Shown here piece after piece: positions 13,471-27,617 of a DNA stretch of 64,000 nt. The position numbers and the translations under genes are program-made. The notes beneath the pieces are model-generated. The model ran no database searches and was not told the DNA's origin. It worked only from the letters and a program-made list of their open reading frames with translations. Positions within the stretch are counted from its first letter, which is position 1; each line of letters starts with the position of its first letter. Source of the stretch: Eledone cirrhosa (Eukaryota); the NCBI GenBank assembly GCA_964016885.1, contig OZ024742.1, positions 128,340,001 to 128,404,000 of the forward strand. The letters run 5' to 3'.

Positions 13471-14073
13471 ATATATATATATATATGCAAGTTAAATATT
13501 TATACAAGTTTTTCTCTTCCTAAAGTGTATATACATTTATACATTTTTCCATATATACCAAGATTACCAGATATATGAATAGTCATACTAGGAAATTTGT
13601 ATTTCTGTGAGAAACCTTACTGACACATGGAAGTGATTAAAGATATGAATATTTTAATGTTTTATTTCTAGCATATAATTACATAAATAACATACAAGAT
13701 TAAATGTATGAGTAATTTTGGAAAAATAACTATTTATAGGGACAACTGTAAGAATTAGAACCCAGGAGCTTGAGGCTAGAAAGAGAATTTCTTGTTACAA
13801 CATGACTGAGATAAGAAATGCATTGTGTGTAAATTTTAAAGAGTTACAGACAGAGGTATAAATAAGTATACAAACACACAGATGACACATTATTTTATTA
13901 TATATTAGATCTAAGATAAATTATAAGACATTTTTATTATGCTCTCCGTACACAGAAAACAAGATATTGTCTTTACATGCTTCACAGATAGCTGTTTTTT
14001 GTTTTGTATTTGACCCAACCTTTACTAGCAGAGAAAGCAGACATTAAAATGATGATGATGATGAGTCCCTTAC

Positions 14074-14176
14074 CTTTTCCACATTTTCTGGAACTATATT
14101 TGGTTTCAGTTCAATAATTTTAAAACAGCTTGTACCGTTGCCACCACAAATTCCACATTGATCGGGAACTGTTGTT
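14074..14176 (-). CDS. Host gene exon 4
   Basis: AAG acceptor, AG|GTAAG donor; phase 2 to 0; TTVPDQCGICGGNGTSCFKIIELKPNIVPENVEK continues the DxCGxCGG repeat in frame. Confidence 0.9.
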
Positions 14177-15124
14177 CTTTCAATGAAAAATGTATTGAAA
14201 ACTTTAACATATGGTAAAGAAAAGTGTAGATATAAACAAACTGACTGACATTTTGTTGTCTCTCAAGCAGCTATCACTTTTTATAATAGCCTGCCCCCCA
14301 AACCACATATACTCTATGATACTGCTCCACCCCAAAACCTCTCTCGTTTTATGAAACAAAGCAACCCATTTTAAAAGATTTCTATTTAAATCAAGACCTT
14401 CCAATACAATTTTACATTTGTTAAATTATATTACAAATAACAAATTTTGTCAATCGATTGACAAGATCCCAGACACCCTAAGTGGGGTGGAACTCATCAA
14501 ATTGGACCGAAGAACAATTCTTCTATTGGTCTTTCCAATACGGATACTATCTACCAGCCACAACTCTACCCAGATCTGTGTCCCTCTCTCTCTCTGGATG
14601 ACTATCTCTCTATCTGGATGTGCCTCCGCTCAGTATACAGTGTATTTCATTAGAAATACAGTAATGAAAGGTTAAATCTAAATGACACCAGCATTTATTT
14701 TAAGGAAATTTTAGAACTGCACAAATATTAGAGGCAGGTGTCCAATGTTTGATATTCTCTGAGTCTGAGAAGCATTTGTAATGGTTATTTTTAACATTTT
14801 ATGAGAGTTTTAAGACTTTTTAACCATCATGTACCATGGGAGCACATGTAGTATATGATATAAAATGTAAACTTACTGCATAAAATTAGATTTAGAACTA
14901 CAACAAGCAGGGATCGTGCTGAAGAAAAATATTTGCCATATTTTTCAGGATATAAAATGCAACCTTATTTTAGAAAAAAAAAAAAGGTAGTGTAATATTT
15001 AACAGATTTTTTATTGAAAGAGAATAATTCTAGAATCAAATAGCTCAAAACAGTTGCCATATTTAAAAAATGTTATGAGTGTTTTATGTGTTTTAAACCA
15101 TAATTTACCATGGAAACACATGAA

Positions 15125-15345
15125 GGGTGGGACGGGAATTGATTCTGGCTTGATTTCTACAGCTGAATGCCCTTCCTAACACCAACCTCATTTACAGTGA
15201 GTGCTGGGTGCTTTTTTTTTCTGTGGCACCTACACATCCACTTTACAGTGTGGGCTGGGTGCTTTTTTACCATGGCACCTCCACGAGCACTTTGCAGTGG
15301 AATGATAGGGACCCCAGTCCAATCACCTCATTTCTACAGCTGAGG
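15125..15345 (-). mobile_element. SINE family 1 fragment
   Basis: Matches 4690-4910. Confidence 0.8.
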
Positions 15346-15464
15346 AAACAACACATCTGAGAATTACTATGGTAAATAACTTTTACCCAAGATGCCCTGC
15401 AGTGAGATTGATCCCTAAACTTAATGATTACAAAACAAACTCCTTAACCATTCAGCCATGTTGC

Positions 15465-15518
<54 letters not shown>

Positions 15519-16604
15519 CTCTCTCTCTTTTACACACACACACACACATTCATCTTCACTCTTACCATCCAACTTCCAGTATGGTTAATCTTTACATGTG
15601 ATATACTACAGCCTTAATATAATAGATTTAGTAATATAACTAACTTTCACATTATTAAGTCAGTGTTTGGAAAGTAACTTAACAAAAGTTCTCATATAAA
15701 TTATATTGGAAGGTTTTTAGATAAATATAAACATTTTAAAACAAACAGTCATATATCGTAGAACATCGGTGATTTCAAGTGACTTGGCTTGAAAAGGGTT
15801 AAACTCAATTTAAAAACATTCTGGAAAACATTTGTAGTTTTTCAAGTAAAATTAAGTAGAATATAATTCCAAATAAAAGTTGATATAAAGATATGTGTTT
15901 ATTGATTCAAATGTTTATAGTATCTTTACTGTTTGCCAGATTGTGAAAATTTGATTTGCAGTAAATTAAAATAAGGACTTTAACCCTTTAGCATTTAAAC
16001 CGGCCATATCCGGCCAGAATTCTCTCCTCTCTTTCTGCACAAACCAACCGTAACTGGCCACTTATATTGATGTTAAGGTATTGTTCTCAAAATAGAAAAC
16101 ATCAAAATCTCGTAGATTCAATATTATGTGAGATATTATGTAAGGTAAAGCCTTTACACTGAAAATACAATAGTATATATAGAGTAATGTAAATGCTAAA
16201 GGGTTAATGTCTAATGTAATGCAGTCATAGTGCTGTATTGTAGTTTTAAAGAATGACTTGTTAATTCAGTCTCATTTGGTAGAGAATATTAAGGGTTAAA
16301 ATCCTGTAATGATTTACCACAAAATATCTAAAAATAGGTTTGTTAATTAAAATGTTTATAATATTTTTATGAGAAGCCAGATTGTTGTGAAAACTAGCAG
16401 TAAACTAAAAATAAAGACTTTAATCTTTAATGTGATGGTCATAGTGCTGTTTTCAAGAAACCCCTGCCTATATGGTTCGATGCAGTACATGACATTAAGA
16501 CTTATAACCTGATATCTAAGCAAAAGAAGTATACTACTATTCCAATAATCTTTTACATATGCACTTTTATTCAAATAATGAATATGATTTTTTTTTTTAC
16601 ATAC

Positions 16605-16755
16605 CCATTAATTATGCCAGCACAATCACTACAAGTAGAGTTATTACCAGAGCACACACCACAGGAGTCTTTCAAATGGCTCGGTAGAGTTTCATTCCAA
16701 ATTAGACATTCACCACAAGTATAGGAGTTACTATAGGCGTTGTATGTTGTTTGTC
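16605..16755 (-). CDS. Host gene exon 3 (Cys-rich repeats)
   Basis: ttgcag acceptor, GTATGT donor; phase 1 to 2; QTTYNAYSNSYTCGECLIWNETLPSHLKDSCGVCSGNNSTCSDCAGIIN(G). Confidence 0.9.
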
Positions 16756-17069
16756 CTGCAATAGTTGCAATAAAATATTAAAAACAAACACAAATAGAAA
16801 CAGAAATTAGGAAATATAATAAAACTGGTGGATCTTTGCTGTCAATAATAATTTCTACTATAAGCACAAGGCCAGCAATTTGGGGAAAGGGGAAAGTCGA
16901 TTAAATCGACCCCAGTATATTATTTTATCGACCTCGTAAGGATGAAAGGCAAAACTAACCTCGGCGGGATTTGAACTCAGAATTTTTGGGAAATAATTAT
17001 TCATAGGAACAAATGTAGGGTGAGAACCCTACTTGTGATATTGAAAAGGAACATAGCAGAGGTGTGTAA

Positions 17070-17712
17070 AACTGGCTGTCCATGGGAACTTTTCTATGCA
17101 GATGATTTGGTCCTTATAGCCGAATCCATAAAAGAACTAGAAAATAAGTTCTGACTGTGAAAACGGAATTTGGAATCGAAGTGACTGAAGGTAAACTTAC
17201 CCAAAACTAAAGTGCTAGTGAGTAGGAAAGAAGATAAGACCCTGATCCCTTCTGGGAAGTGGCCTTGCTCAATATGTCACAAGAGAGTAGACATAAACTC
17301 CATACAGAGCACACAATGTAAATCTTGGGTACACAAGAGATGTAGACTAACAGGAAAGGAAGACTTTGTATGTAAAAGATGCTCAGGAGTAATTGAGGAA
17401 AAGAGCGTCAATGATATAAACCTCTTCAAGTAACAGGAAGGGTCTATAGAAGTGGTTGATAGCTTCTGCTATCTAGGTGACTTAATCAGCAATGGGAGGT
17501 ATTCTGAGAGCATAATAACTAAAATAAGCATAGGGTGGAAGAAGTTTAGCGAGCTACTTCCACTGTTGACAACAAAAAGCTGACCTTAAATCACTGAGAC
17601 GCAATGAGGAGGTCATGAAGAAACATGGCGAGTGGAGAGATGCTGTGTTGAGAAGGACCCGTCCAACCCATGCAAGCGTGGAAAAACAGATTTAACGATG
17701 ATGATGATGATG
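17070..17712 (+). mobile_element. Degraded RTE LINE fragment
   Basis: GCPWELFYADDL, PSGKWPCSIC; (ATG)n tail. Confidence 0.9.
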
Positions 17713-18305
17713 AGAGAGAGAGAAAGAGAGATACATATACATATGTATGTAACTATACATGTATGTATGCATGTATTTATGAATATATGTATGTATGAAG
17801 GTATGTATGTGTGTAAGAATGTATGTATGTTTAAAAAAAACTTTTTTTTGTGGAATGAGAGACTCCTAGTCTTCATTAAGACATCTCTCTAGGAGCAAGT
17901 CACTCTGATATAAAACCTGCAACTCCATTTGCATCCACTGATGTAGACCAGTTCTTCTTTTTGAGCAAATGCATTCGATGTTCAGAGAGTGGGATTGGCC
18001 CCATGCATGTATGTAAGTATGTATATATGTCAGGTCACAAGTTGGAGCTACTGGTAACATGTATCCCAGTACAACCTGTCTCATGGTCGGGTCGTTGGCG
18101 ACTAAACTGGCAACCTCACCAAGGTTTCTTGGTGAGGAGGGTGACTTTGGACATCCTGCAGGACTAAAAACAAAACCTGTCAAAGGGCAAAGGAGCTCTT
18201 AAGAGTCAATGGCCATCCAAAATCACCGGGAGAGATGACCCCTTAGCCTTTGTCAAGGCAGAATTCTAGGAGAAGGAAAATCTGATGTAACACCTGCAAC
18301 CCTGA

Positions 18306-19062
18306 TGGTATCCAATGATGTTGACTTGTTCTTCTTTTTGGTAAATATCATCTTGGTTAAGAGAGTGGGACTGGCTTTGTACAGTGCCTTTGCTCACTAT
18401 AAAAGCTTCACGGCACAGGCATTGCTTTATATCTGGAGATCTCTCTGCACTTGTCGTTACATGGTACCATGGGCCCAGCACTATGTGTCAATAATTGTCA
18501 CAAGTGTAGTGTTTGTACCAGAGTTTTCAAGTCGCTGGCTGGACTAAAAAGTCACACTCGTTCAGCGCATTGGTAGGGGTTCTCCTACATGGATATAAAG
18601 TAGTGGTCGTACTCGAAAACGAGTTGGCAGCCACCATGTATGTATATATGGATGGTGCTGACATGCAGCGTCTGCGCGAGACTCTGCCTAAGCAAAGCTG
18701 GACTCGAAAGTCATCTTCGCAGTCATAAAGTAAGACCAGTGGTTGACTACCAGGCTGCTGTTGGAGATGCTACTCATCATGCTTGCCAAACATGTGGTAG
18801 AGAATGTAAATCAGCAGGAGGGCTCAAGCGACATGCAAAAATACATGAACTCCAACCACAGCCGGCTATTCCCAGTGAATGTTTTGGTTGCCGACTCTGT
18901 GCAAGACATTTTAGATCATTGGCTGGGCTAAAAAGCCACATTCGATCGCAGCGTTGTTAGTTGCTATCGTGTGTGTATAGATATGTTTATGTGTGTGTGC
19001 GTGTGTATATATATATATGTATATGTATATTATTATTGTTGTTGTTGTCGTTATTATTATTG

Positions 19063-19106
<44 letters not shown>

Positions 19107-19460
19107 ATATATGTGTGTATATATATATATATGTGTATATATATATATATGTATGTATGTATGTGTGTGTATATATATATATATATATATAATATATAAG
19201 ATCAAAAGATGGTTAAAAGAGTTCCATGTATTTTATTATGCGCATTTCAAAAACAAATATCATCATGCAATAACATTTGCGTTTTCGTCAGATAAAATAG
19301 GGAGACATGATATGAAGGTTAAAAAACACTTGTGAATAGTGCAGTTTTAAATCAACATATCAACATATATATATATATATATTTTTTTTTTTATCTCGTG
19401 CAATGGCCATACTTGATAACGAGGGGGCAGCCATCATGTATGTATGTATGTATGTATGTA
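18306..19460 (+). mobile_element. Two adjacent 3' ends of zinc-finger-bearing RTE elements
   Basis: Three C2H2 fingers (CSVC..HLRSH, CQTC..HAKIH, CRLC..HIRS); (ATGT)n tails; inverse copies at 34275-35168. Confidence 0.85.
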
Positions 19461-19724
19461 TACCTGGAGCATGGCATGTTCCATTGCAATCCCTGTACTT
19501 GCTGTTATTCGTCTTTTCGCCACTAACACAGTATGCACAGTTGTCAATATATGAGGAACCATTACATACATTAGCACAGTCTAAGCCATAATCGCCTGTT
19601 TTATTTGTTGTACCTCCAACACAGTGAAGACATAAGTTGTAGAAAGCATTACCATTGCAGGTCCCTGGAACAGAAATTGAGAGATAATTAATGAGAAAAT
19701 AACTTAATTTTGTTAATTATTATT

Positions 19725-20311
19725 GTGTATGTGTATTTGTGTGTGTGTGGGACTGTGTGTGTGTATTTGTGTGTGTGGGGGTGTGTGTTTGTGTGGGTGT
19801 GTGTTTGTATGTGCGTGTTTATATGTGTGTGTGTGTGTGTTTGCGTGTGTGTGTTTCTATGTGTGTGTTTGCGTGTGTGCTTGTGTGTGTGTGTCTGCGT
19901 TTGTGTGTGTGTGTTTGTTTGTGTGTGTGTGGGACTGTGTGTGTGTGTGTTTCTGTGTGTGGGGGGACTGTGTGTGTGTGTATGGGTGTGTGTTTGTATG
20001 TGCGTGTTTATATATGTGTGTGTGTGTGTGTGTTTGCGTGTGTGTGTTTCTATGTGTGTGTTTGCGTGTGTGCTTGTGTGTGTGTGTCTGCGTTTGTGTG
20101 TGTGTTTGTTTGTGTGTGTGTGTGTGTGTGTGTTTGTGTGTGTGTGGGACTGTGTGTATGTGTGTTTGTGTGTGTGGGGGGACTGTGTGTGGGTGTATGT
20201 TTGTATGTGCGTGTTTATATGTGTGTGTGTGTGTGTTTTCGTGTGTGTGTTTCTATGTGTGTGTTTGTGTGTGTGCTTGTGTGTGTGTGTCTGCGTTTGT
20301 GTGTGTGTGTT

Positions 20312-20347
<36 letters not shown>

Positions 20348-21090
20348 TGTGTGTGGGACTGTGTGCGTGTGTTTGTGTGTGTGGGGGGACTGTGTGTGTG
20401 TGTGTGGGTGTGTGTTTGTATGTGCGTGTTTATATGTGTGTGTGTGTGTGTGTGTTTGCGTGTGTGTGTTTCTATGTGTGTGTTTGCGTGTGTGCTTGTG
20501 TGTCTGCATTTGTGTGTGTGTTTGTTTGTGTGTGTGTGTTTGTGTGTGTGTGGGACTGTGTGTGTGTGTTTGTGTGTGTGGGGGGACTGTGTGTGTGTGT
20601 GTGTGGGTGTGTGTTTGTATGTGCGTGTTTATATATGTGTGTGTGTGTTTGCGTGTGTGTGTTTCTATGTGTGTGTTTGCGTGTGTGCTTGTGTGTGTGT
20701 GTCTGCGTTTGTGTGTGTGTGTGTGTTTGTTTGTGTGTGTGTGTGTTTGTGTGTGTGTGGGACTGTGTGTATGTGTGTTTGTGTGTGTAGGGGGACTGTG
20801 TGTGTGGGTGTGTGTTTGCATGTGCGTGTTTATATGTGTGTGTGTTTCTATGTGTGTGTTTGTGTGTGTGCTTGTGTGTGTGTGTGTCTGCGTTTGTGTG
20901 TGTGTGTTTGTTTGTGTGTGTGTGTGTGGGGGGGGGGACTGTGTGCGTGTGTTTGTGTGTGTGGGGGGACTGTGTGTGTGTGGGGGTGTGTGTTTGTATG
21001 TGCGTGTTTATATGTGTGTGTGTGTGTGTGTGTGTTTGCGTGTGTGTGTTTCTATGTGTGTGTTTGCGTGTGTGCTTGTGTGTCTGCGTT

Positions 21091-21131
<41 letters not shown>

Positions 21132-21132
21132 T

Positions 21133-21178
<46 letters not shown>

Positions 21179-21445
21179 TGTGTGTGTGGGACTGTGTGTG
21201 TGTGTTTGTATGTGTGGGGGGACTGTGTGTGTGTGGGGGTCTGTGTTTGTATGTGCGTGTTTATATGTGTGTGTCTGCGTTTGTGTGTGTGTGTTTGTTT
21301 GTGTGTGTATGTGTGTGTTTGTTTGTGTGTGTGTGTTCGTTTGTGTGTGTGTGTGTGTTTGTGTGTGTGTGGGACTGTGTGTGTGTGTTTGTGTGTGTGG
21401 GGTGACTGTGTGTGTGTGTGGGTGGGTGTGTATGTGTGTGTGTGT
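19725..21445. repeat. Complex (GT)-based satellite with a higher-order unit of roughly 170-200 bp
   Basis: Markers gggact, ggggggact, tttgtatgtgcgtgtttatat, tttctat, ctgcgttt recur in fixed order about 9 times. Confidence 0.9.
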
Positions 21446-21510
21446 AAAAGGAAGGAAGGGGTGGTGTAAAAACTATAGCAAAACAGCAGTTGGCGTTACA
21501 TTTGCTACGC

Positions 21511-22520
21511 TGTGTGTGAGTGTATGTGTATGTGTGTGTGAGTGTATATGAATGTATATGTGAGTGTATGTGTATGTATGAGTGTGTGTCTGTGTGAATG
21601 TATGTGTCTGTTTGTGTAAATGTATGTATGAGTGTGTGTGTGTGAATGTATGTGTGGGCTTGTGTGAATGTATGTGTGTGTTTGTGTAAATGTATGTGTG
21701 TGCGTGTGTTTGTATGAATGTATGTGTGTTTTTGTGTAAATGTATGTGTGTGTGTTTGTGTGAATGTATGTGTGTTTTTGTGTAAATGTATGTGTGTGTG
21801 TTTGTGTGAATGTATGTGTGTTTTTGCATGAATGTATGTGTGTTTGTGTAAATGTATGTGTGTGCATGTGTTTGTATGAATATATGTGTGTGTTTGTGTA
21901 AATGTATGTATGTGTGTGTGTGTCTGTGTGAATGTATGTGTGTGTTTGTGTGAATGTATGTGTGTGTTTGTGTAAATGTATGTATGTGTGAGTGGTTGTG
22001 TGAATGTATGTGTGTGTGTGTGTGTGTGTGTGTGCGTATGTGTGTGTGTCAATGTATGTGCATGTTTGTGTGAGTGTATGTGTGTTTGTGTAAATGTATG
22101 TGTGTGTGTATGTGTGAATGTATGTGCATGTTTGTGTGAATGTATGTGTGTGTTTGTGTGAGTGTATGTGTGTGTTTGTGTGAGTGTATGTGTGTGTTTG
22201 TGTGAGTGTATGTGTGTGTTTGTGTGAATGTATATGTGTATTTGTGTGAATGTATGTGTGTATTTGTGTGAATGTATGTGTGTGTGTGTGTGAGTGTATG
22301 TGTCTGTTTGTGTAAATGTATGTATGAGTGTGTGTGTGTGAATGTATGTGTGGGCTTGTGTGGACAAGCCCACACATACATGTGTGTATTTGTGTGCATG
22401 TGTGTATTTGTGTGAATGTATGTGTGTATTTGTGTGTATTTTTGTAAGTGTGTCTCTGTTTGCGTGTTTATATTTATGTACTCATACATATAAATGTATG
22501 CATATGCACATACACACATA
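21511..22520. repeat. Minisatellite, ~20-bp unit tgtgtgaatgtatgtgtgtgtt
   Basis: Direct inspection. Confidence 0.9.
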
Positions 22521-22879
22521 TATACACATATACGCATAAAAATGGTAATTCTTTTTTAATTCATGTGGTGAGACACTGACGCGTGTTGAAAAAAATTCTA
22601 CTCTTGTAAAATACAAACTGCTGATGGCATTCCTTTACTGCAGACTTGTTGTTGAACTAGTCAGGAGAAAACAAACTTCTGGTGAGGCAGGGAATAGGAT
22701 CTGGACTTTTTCTTATGTTTGTCAATATTTGTCATCCAATTAATAACAATACAACAAATCACAGTTTGTTGTTATTTTGTATATAGTTTAACTAAAGTTA
22801 TACTTCAGTATTTATTCCAGTTGGCTGCACACTTCTCTGCAAAAATGATTATAAAAAATGGCTTGAAGATTACAATAAG

Positions 22880-23565
22880 CAATGCACATTGGGGAACTGC
22901 CTCAGCCAAAACATGGACATGACAAGTGCTTACAGCTTTTCCTGGTTTACTGTATCTACTGCACCAAATGCTGTGTATTTTACATTGGCAACACTAGAAG
23001 ACCACTCTACACAACCATATCAAAGAACACCTTATTACACAAGAAAAACATAAGTGCAAAAACATAAATAAAGGTATAAAAGTCACTATCATAGCCTGAG
23101 ATATGAATACTGGCAATCTCAGAATATAAGAATTTATAATTGTTTCTACTTTTGGCACAAGGCCAGCAATTACTCAGTGTATTACTGGTACTTTATTTTA
23201 TCAACCCCATAAGGATGAAAGGCAAAGTTAACCTCGGCGGGATTTGAACTCAGAATGGAATATAAGAATTTATAATAATAGCCAAACTCAACAGAATTCA
23301 ACACCCAGGAGGGGGGGGGGGGTTTATACAATCATACACAGTACAACACTTGATTACATTTCAAAAATGATACAACAATAGCTTAGATCAGAGCATAGCT
23401 TAGATCACATACCATGTGATCCATTGACCACTTCCAGCAATGGAAAAAAGCTATCAATTTCAAATTTCAAAACATGGCAGCTTAAGAACAACAACAAATA
23501 TACAACTCTGAACTAGTTTCTTCTATTAATCGTTTGATGAAGGGATGTTTTCCTGAAATATAAGG
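22880..23565 (+). mobile_element. Degraded Penelope GIY-YIG fragment, interrupted by a SINE, with decayed hammerhead
   Basis: VYCIYCTKCCVFYIGNTRRPL; TTGATGA-agg..cct-GAAATATA at 23534-23562. Confidence 0.6.
23140..23258 (-). mobile_element. Truncated SINE family 2 with target-site duplication
   Basis: Flanked on both sides by gaatataagaatttataat. Confidence 0.85.
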
Positions 23566-24676
23566 ACCTATAAAGTAACACCCAAACATCATTGTTATCA
23601 TATTTGTAACAGGTCCAATTCACACTGTGATAGCTTTCAAACAAAACACTATTTTACTCTCTCTCTCACACACACACACATGTGCACACGCACACACACA
23701 CACATGTGCACACACACATAAATACACCCACACACACATATCATCATCATTTTTACGTTCACTTTTCCATGGTGGCATGAACTAGACAGGATGTTTTGAG
23801 ACAATGTTTTACAACCAGATGCCCATCCTGGTGCCAACCCTTTTATCACTTTCTATGACATGCTGAGACTTATATCTATCTATCTATTTATCTATCTATA
23901 TACTACTAAAACTATGTGATTGTGTGCTTGTCTGTAATTTAATACAGCCAAAGTGGTGCATAATAGGAAAATACTTTGAAAGGAAGTTGCCCCTGAAATG
24001 GGAATACAAATGGAATAAAACAAATTTCCACATAAACACAAAAATGTTCATGTGTATCTTTTGCCAATGTATATCAACAAAAGTATGTAAACCTGGCAAA
24101 ATTGGTGTTTTACGAAACGGGATCCCTCAATATAGTTGTTCTGCACTGAGTTACAAACATTCCCTTGCCAATTTCATCATTAGAAATGCAGTGACTGAGT
24201 GAATGTTCTTTTGGAAACCCATAACCAACAACTGCCATATAAAATCAATCAATAATTATATAAATAGATCGGTAAATAAAGAAACCAGCCAATGACCCCT
24301 AGATAAGTACAAGCCAAGGTTAACTGAGAATAAAGATGCAAAGAAGTTGACTTTATGAATTCATATTTGCAACATTAAGTAAATTAAACTCTTATCATTA
24401 AACCATTAATTCGTATTAAACCTTTAGCATAAAAAAGTTGGATTTTCTTTGCTCACGGTATGAAGAAGAGACTGACTAATACATAGTTACAATTGCAAGG
24501 AAATCGGTCTGACGTAACGCCTAAAAAACCCCCTAAAAAGCTGAAAAAACGCAGTTTTTCACCTAATGCGGACCCTAGGGATCAAAAAGTGGAATTGTTT
24601 TTATGTGCATAACACTCCCTGAAACATAAGTAATACACATGTAAAGTTTGAAAAAAATCGGTTGGGTATTTCTCGG

Positions 24677-24762
<86 letters not shown>

Positions 24763-25275
24763 TCCTTCCTCAGTTTTATATATATACATATATAGATTAA
24801 AATAACAGATTAAAGTTTAAGCAAAGAATCGTTGCTTTCACCCTTAATGGGATCTTCTGAAACTAAACACATCAATCTGTGAACGCAGAAGTAAATATTT
24901 CGAAAAACGTTGCAACCGAAGGAAAAGTGGGGAAGACGATACTTTGGTTCGTGAAGACGTTCCCTTGCAATGAAAGGATAATAGCGAACATAATACGTCA
25001 TCAATGTTCGCCAGAATGTCGTAATTCAGACAGCCAGGCATACAGACAGATATTATAAGAGCGCGACGGAGATCGATAACCGGCGCCTAACACCCCTTTA
25101 ACAACAGAAAATTGAAAAATAAAAGCTGCAGTTAATATCTTTAGACCGCAAGGAATATACAAATTCAAATTTGAAGTCAACCGGAGTAGAAATGTGGATT
25201 TGTATAGACTTTGCAAAAACGAGGACACACACACACACACACACACACAGACAACAACAGTTTTATATATATAGA

Positions 25276-25460
25276 TGGTGAATTGGTAGTATCGGTAGAG
25301 GGTCGGACGCCATGCTTTCCAGCATAGTTATGTCCCTTTACGGTCTGAGTTCAAATACCGTCGAGGTTAACTTTGCCTTTCATCCTTACGGGGTCGATAA
25401 AATAAAGTACCAGTAATACACTGCGATAATTGCTGGCCTTGTGCCAAAAGTAGAAACAAT
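25276..25460 (+). mobile_element. SINE family 2, full length
   Basis: Head ggtgaattggtagtatcgg, B-box gagttcaaat, tail agtagaaacaat. Confidence 0.85.
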
Positions 25461-25554
25461 TATATATTATTATAATGTCTCTGCCACTTTGCCACCTTTT
25501 TCAATAGTATTAACCCTTTTGATACCATATTTTTAATGAAAGACTGCCTATAAT

Positions 25555-25830
25555 TTAGAGGGATTGAGGAGGCCAAACTCTCCAAGTACCAGTCGCTCTC
25601 TGACAGGTTCGCGGTCGTGCCATTGGCAGTGGAGACTTCTGGTGTCCTTGGCCCTAGGGCTACCTCTCTATTCACCACCATAGGCGCTGAGCTGGCCAGC
25701 CGCAGGTGTAAGCCTCACAAGCTGGAATGGCTCTTCCAGCGCAGCTCCCTTACCATCCTCTGGGGAAACGCCTTCTCCATCCTGTCTGCTGGGGCTGTGG
25801 GAAGGCCAGCATGTGGGACCCAATTTGCTT
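25555..25830 (+). mobile_element. CRE-like RLE non-LTR retrotransposon 3' end
   Basis: KYQSL..VPLAVETSGVLG...LFQRSSLTILWGNA, typical of the CRE C-terminus. Confidence 0.7.
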
Positions 25831-26493
25831 ACCATACGGATTAATAGACAAAGTTATAAACTATCGTAAATAAACCTAGTTATATACCTAACTAACTTCT
25901 TATTAATCTGGTATTTGCAATGTTACTTAACAAAGTATCTTACATAGAATTATAAGGAAGGTTTTTAGATAAATATAAACACAGAACCAGAACTAGGGCA
26001 TCTTCAGTTATTTTGATATAAAAAGGGTTAATGACATATGCATGCATGGTCTCATAACTCTTGAGGGTGTCGTAGAGGTACCATATTGACATACAGCGTT
26101 TCCAGGGCATTTTAAAAACCTCTCTGAGTCCAATCCTCTGCAGGTCTGAATACAGAAAATTTCTTCCAGAGAAGGATAAAGAGTGAAAGAATGGAAGTAA
26201 GTAAGAGATATAGAAGAAGAACTAGACTGGTATTAGACTGGTACTTTTTTATCGACCTTGAATGGATGAAAGACAAAGTTAACCTTAGTGGGATTTGAAC
26301 TCAGAAAGTAGAGAGCTGAAATACAGCAAAGCATTCTATCCAACGTTCTTACAGCTCTTCCAATTCCCTGCCTAATGACATAAATAAATAAAAATAACCT
26401 CAACTGATGATTGAACCCATATTGATATCATGATTTTTGTTGTGATTTATACAAATTCTGAGCTTATAATTAACAACAATGACATAGACTTAC

Positions 26494-26544
26494 CTGCACA
26501 GTCAGTAAAATTACATTCTTCCTTCTCGGTGGTTATATAGCTCA
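26494..26544 (-). CDS. Host gene exon 2
   Basis: Strong acceptor (ttcttcttcttccag) and G|GTAAGT donor; phase 1 to 1; (V)SYITTEKEECNFTDCA(G). Confidence 0.85.
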
Positions 26545-27063
26545 CTGGAAGAAGAAGAAGAAGAAAAAAGTGTCAAACATAAGAATGCACCATGTCTGTA
26601 TATTTATTTATGTATATCAGTCTGTGACTCTTTAAAACTGACACAAACAAACACACAACTTTGTATCTAAGTATAAGCATTTTTCTCTACTGAAGGGTGT
26701 CTTTACCTTTTTATATATAATAAATGATAATACAATGAAGGATTTAGGGAGAATTATACCATTTTAATAGTTTTATGTGTGTTTCACCAAATATCGAAAA
26801 TATCAACAGATATAGGGGTGATTTAAACATTTTAAAATTGTTTTAGTAAGATACCAGTGTATGGAATTAAATCCAAATACAAATAACCATAAAAAAATGG
26901 AAGGAAAAGTATTAAATAAAATAATAGAAATGAAAATATCCCTACATGTATTAATCTGCGGCTTTAGTAGAAGACAGTTGTCCAAAGTACAGAATACTAG
27001 GACTCAACTGAAAATTAGATGGGTCTGAACCAAACTCCTTAACCACACAACCAAGTCTGCCTC

Positions 27064-27129
<66 letters not shown>

Positions 27130-27298
27130 ATTTGTAGGTTCCCAAGTTGGTGGGTAACCACAATTAAAGAAGGTACTCAATAGTGCAGGCATCTTTATTA
27201 TAGAATTGACTTCTACAGGACTAGAACTGTTTCATTCTTATGAAATTATCAGAAATGATGATTTCATACGAATGATATATATATACATACATATATAT

Positions 27299-27360
<62 letters not shown>

Positions 27361-27499
27361 CTTGGAATTACTGTAGGTTCACCCAGGTGAGCACTCAATG
27401 TTTAGGTTCACTTCAATGTCGAGGTGTAGAGCTATACAGAGTGTATTATAGTTAAATAAGATAACAAGGATGATTGGTTACTTCTTCACTACATTTATT

Positions 27500-27590
27500 G
27501 GTTCGTGACGCGTGTTTCGCCACTGATCAGCTCAAGGTTTGATCTGTATCGATCTGACCTGACTCTGTAATCCGCGGCTCGTCAGACCCC
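27500..27590 (-). ncRNA. Hammerhead core with long stem II insert
   Basis: CTGACGA-gcc...ggc-GAAAcacgcGTC; stem I weak. Confidence 0.55.
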
Positions 27591-27617
27591 TTGTAATGTT
27601 AATGGAAGATTATATAT

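Noticed and set aside
13950-14062. Extra exon just after exon 4
   Set aside because: It would need a ~54-nt intron, the sequence resembles a decayed RTE tail, and exons 4 and 5 already join in phase.
18640-18960. Host C2H2 zinc-finger gene
   Set aside because: The same sequence is the C-terminus of the RTE at 34862-37820.
19688-22539. Very long ORFs (up to 613 aa) rich in C/V or H/T
   Set aside because: Translations of GT/CA satellite that lacks stop codons.
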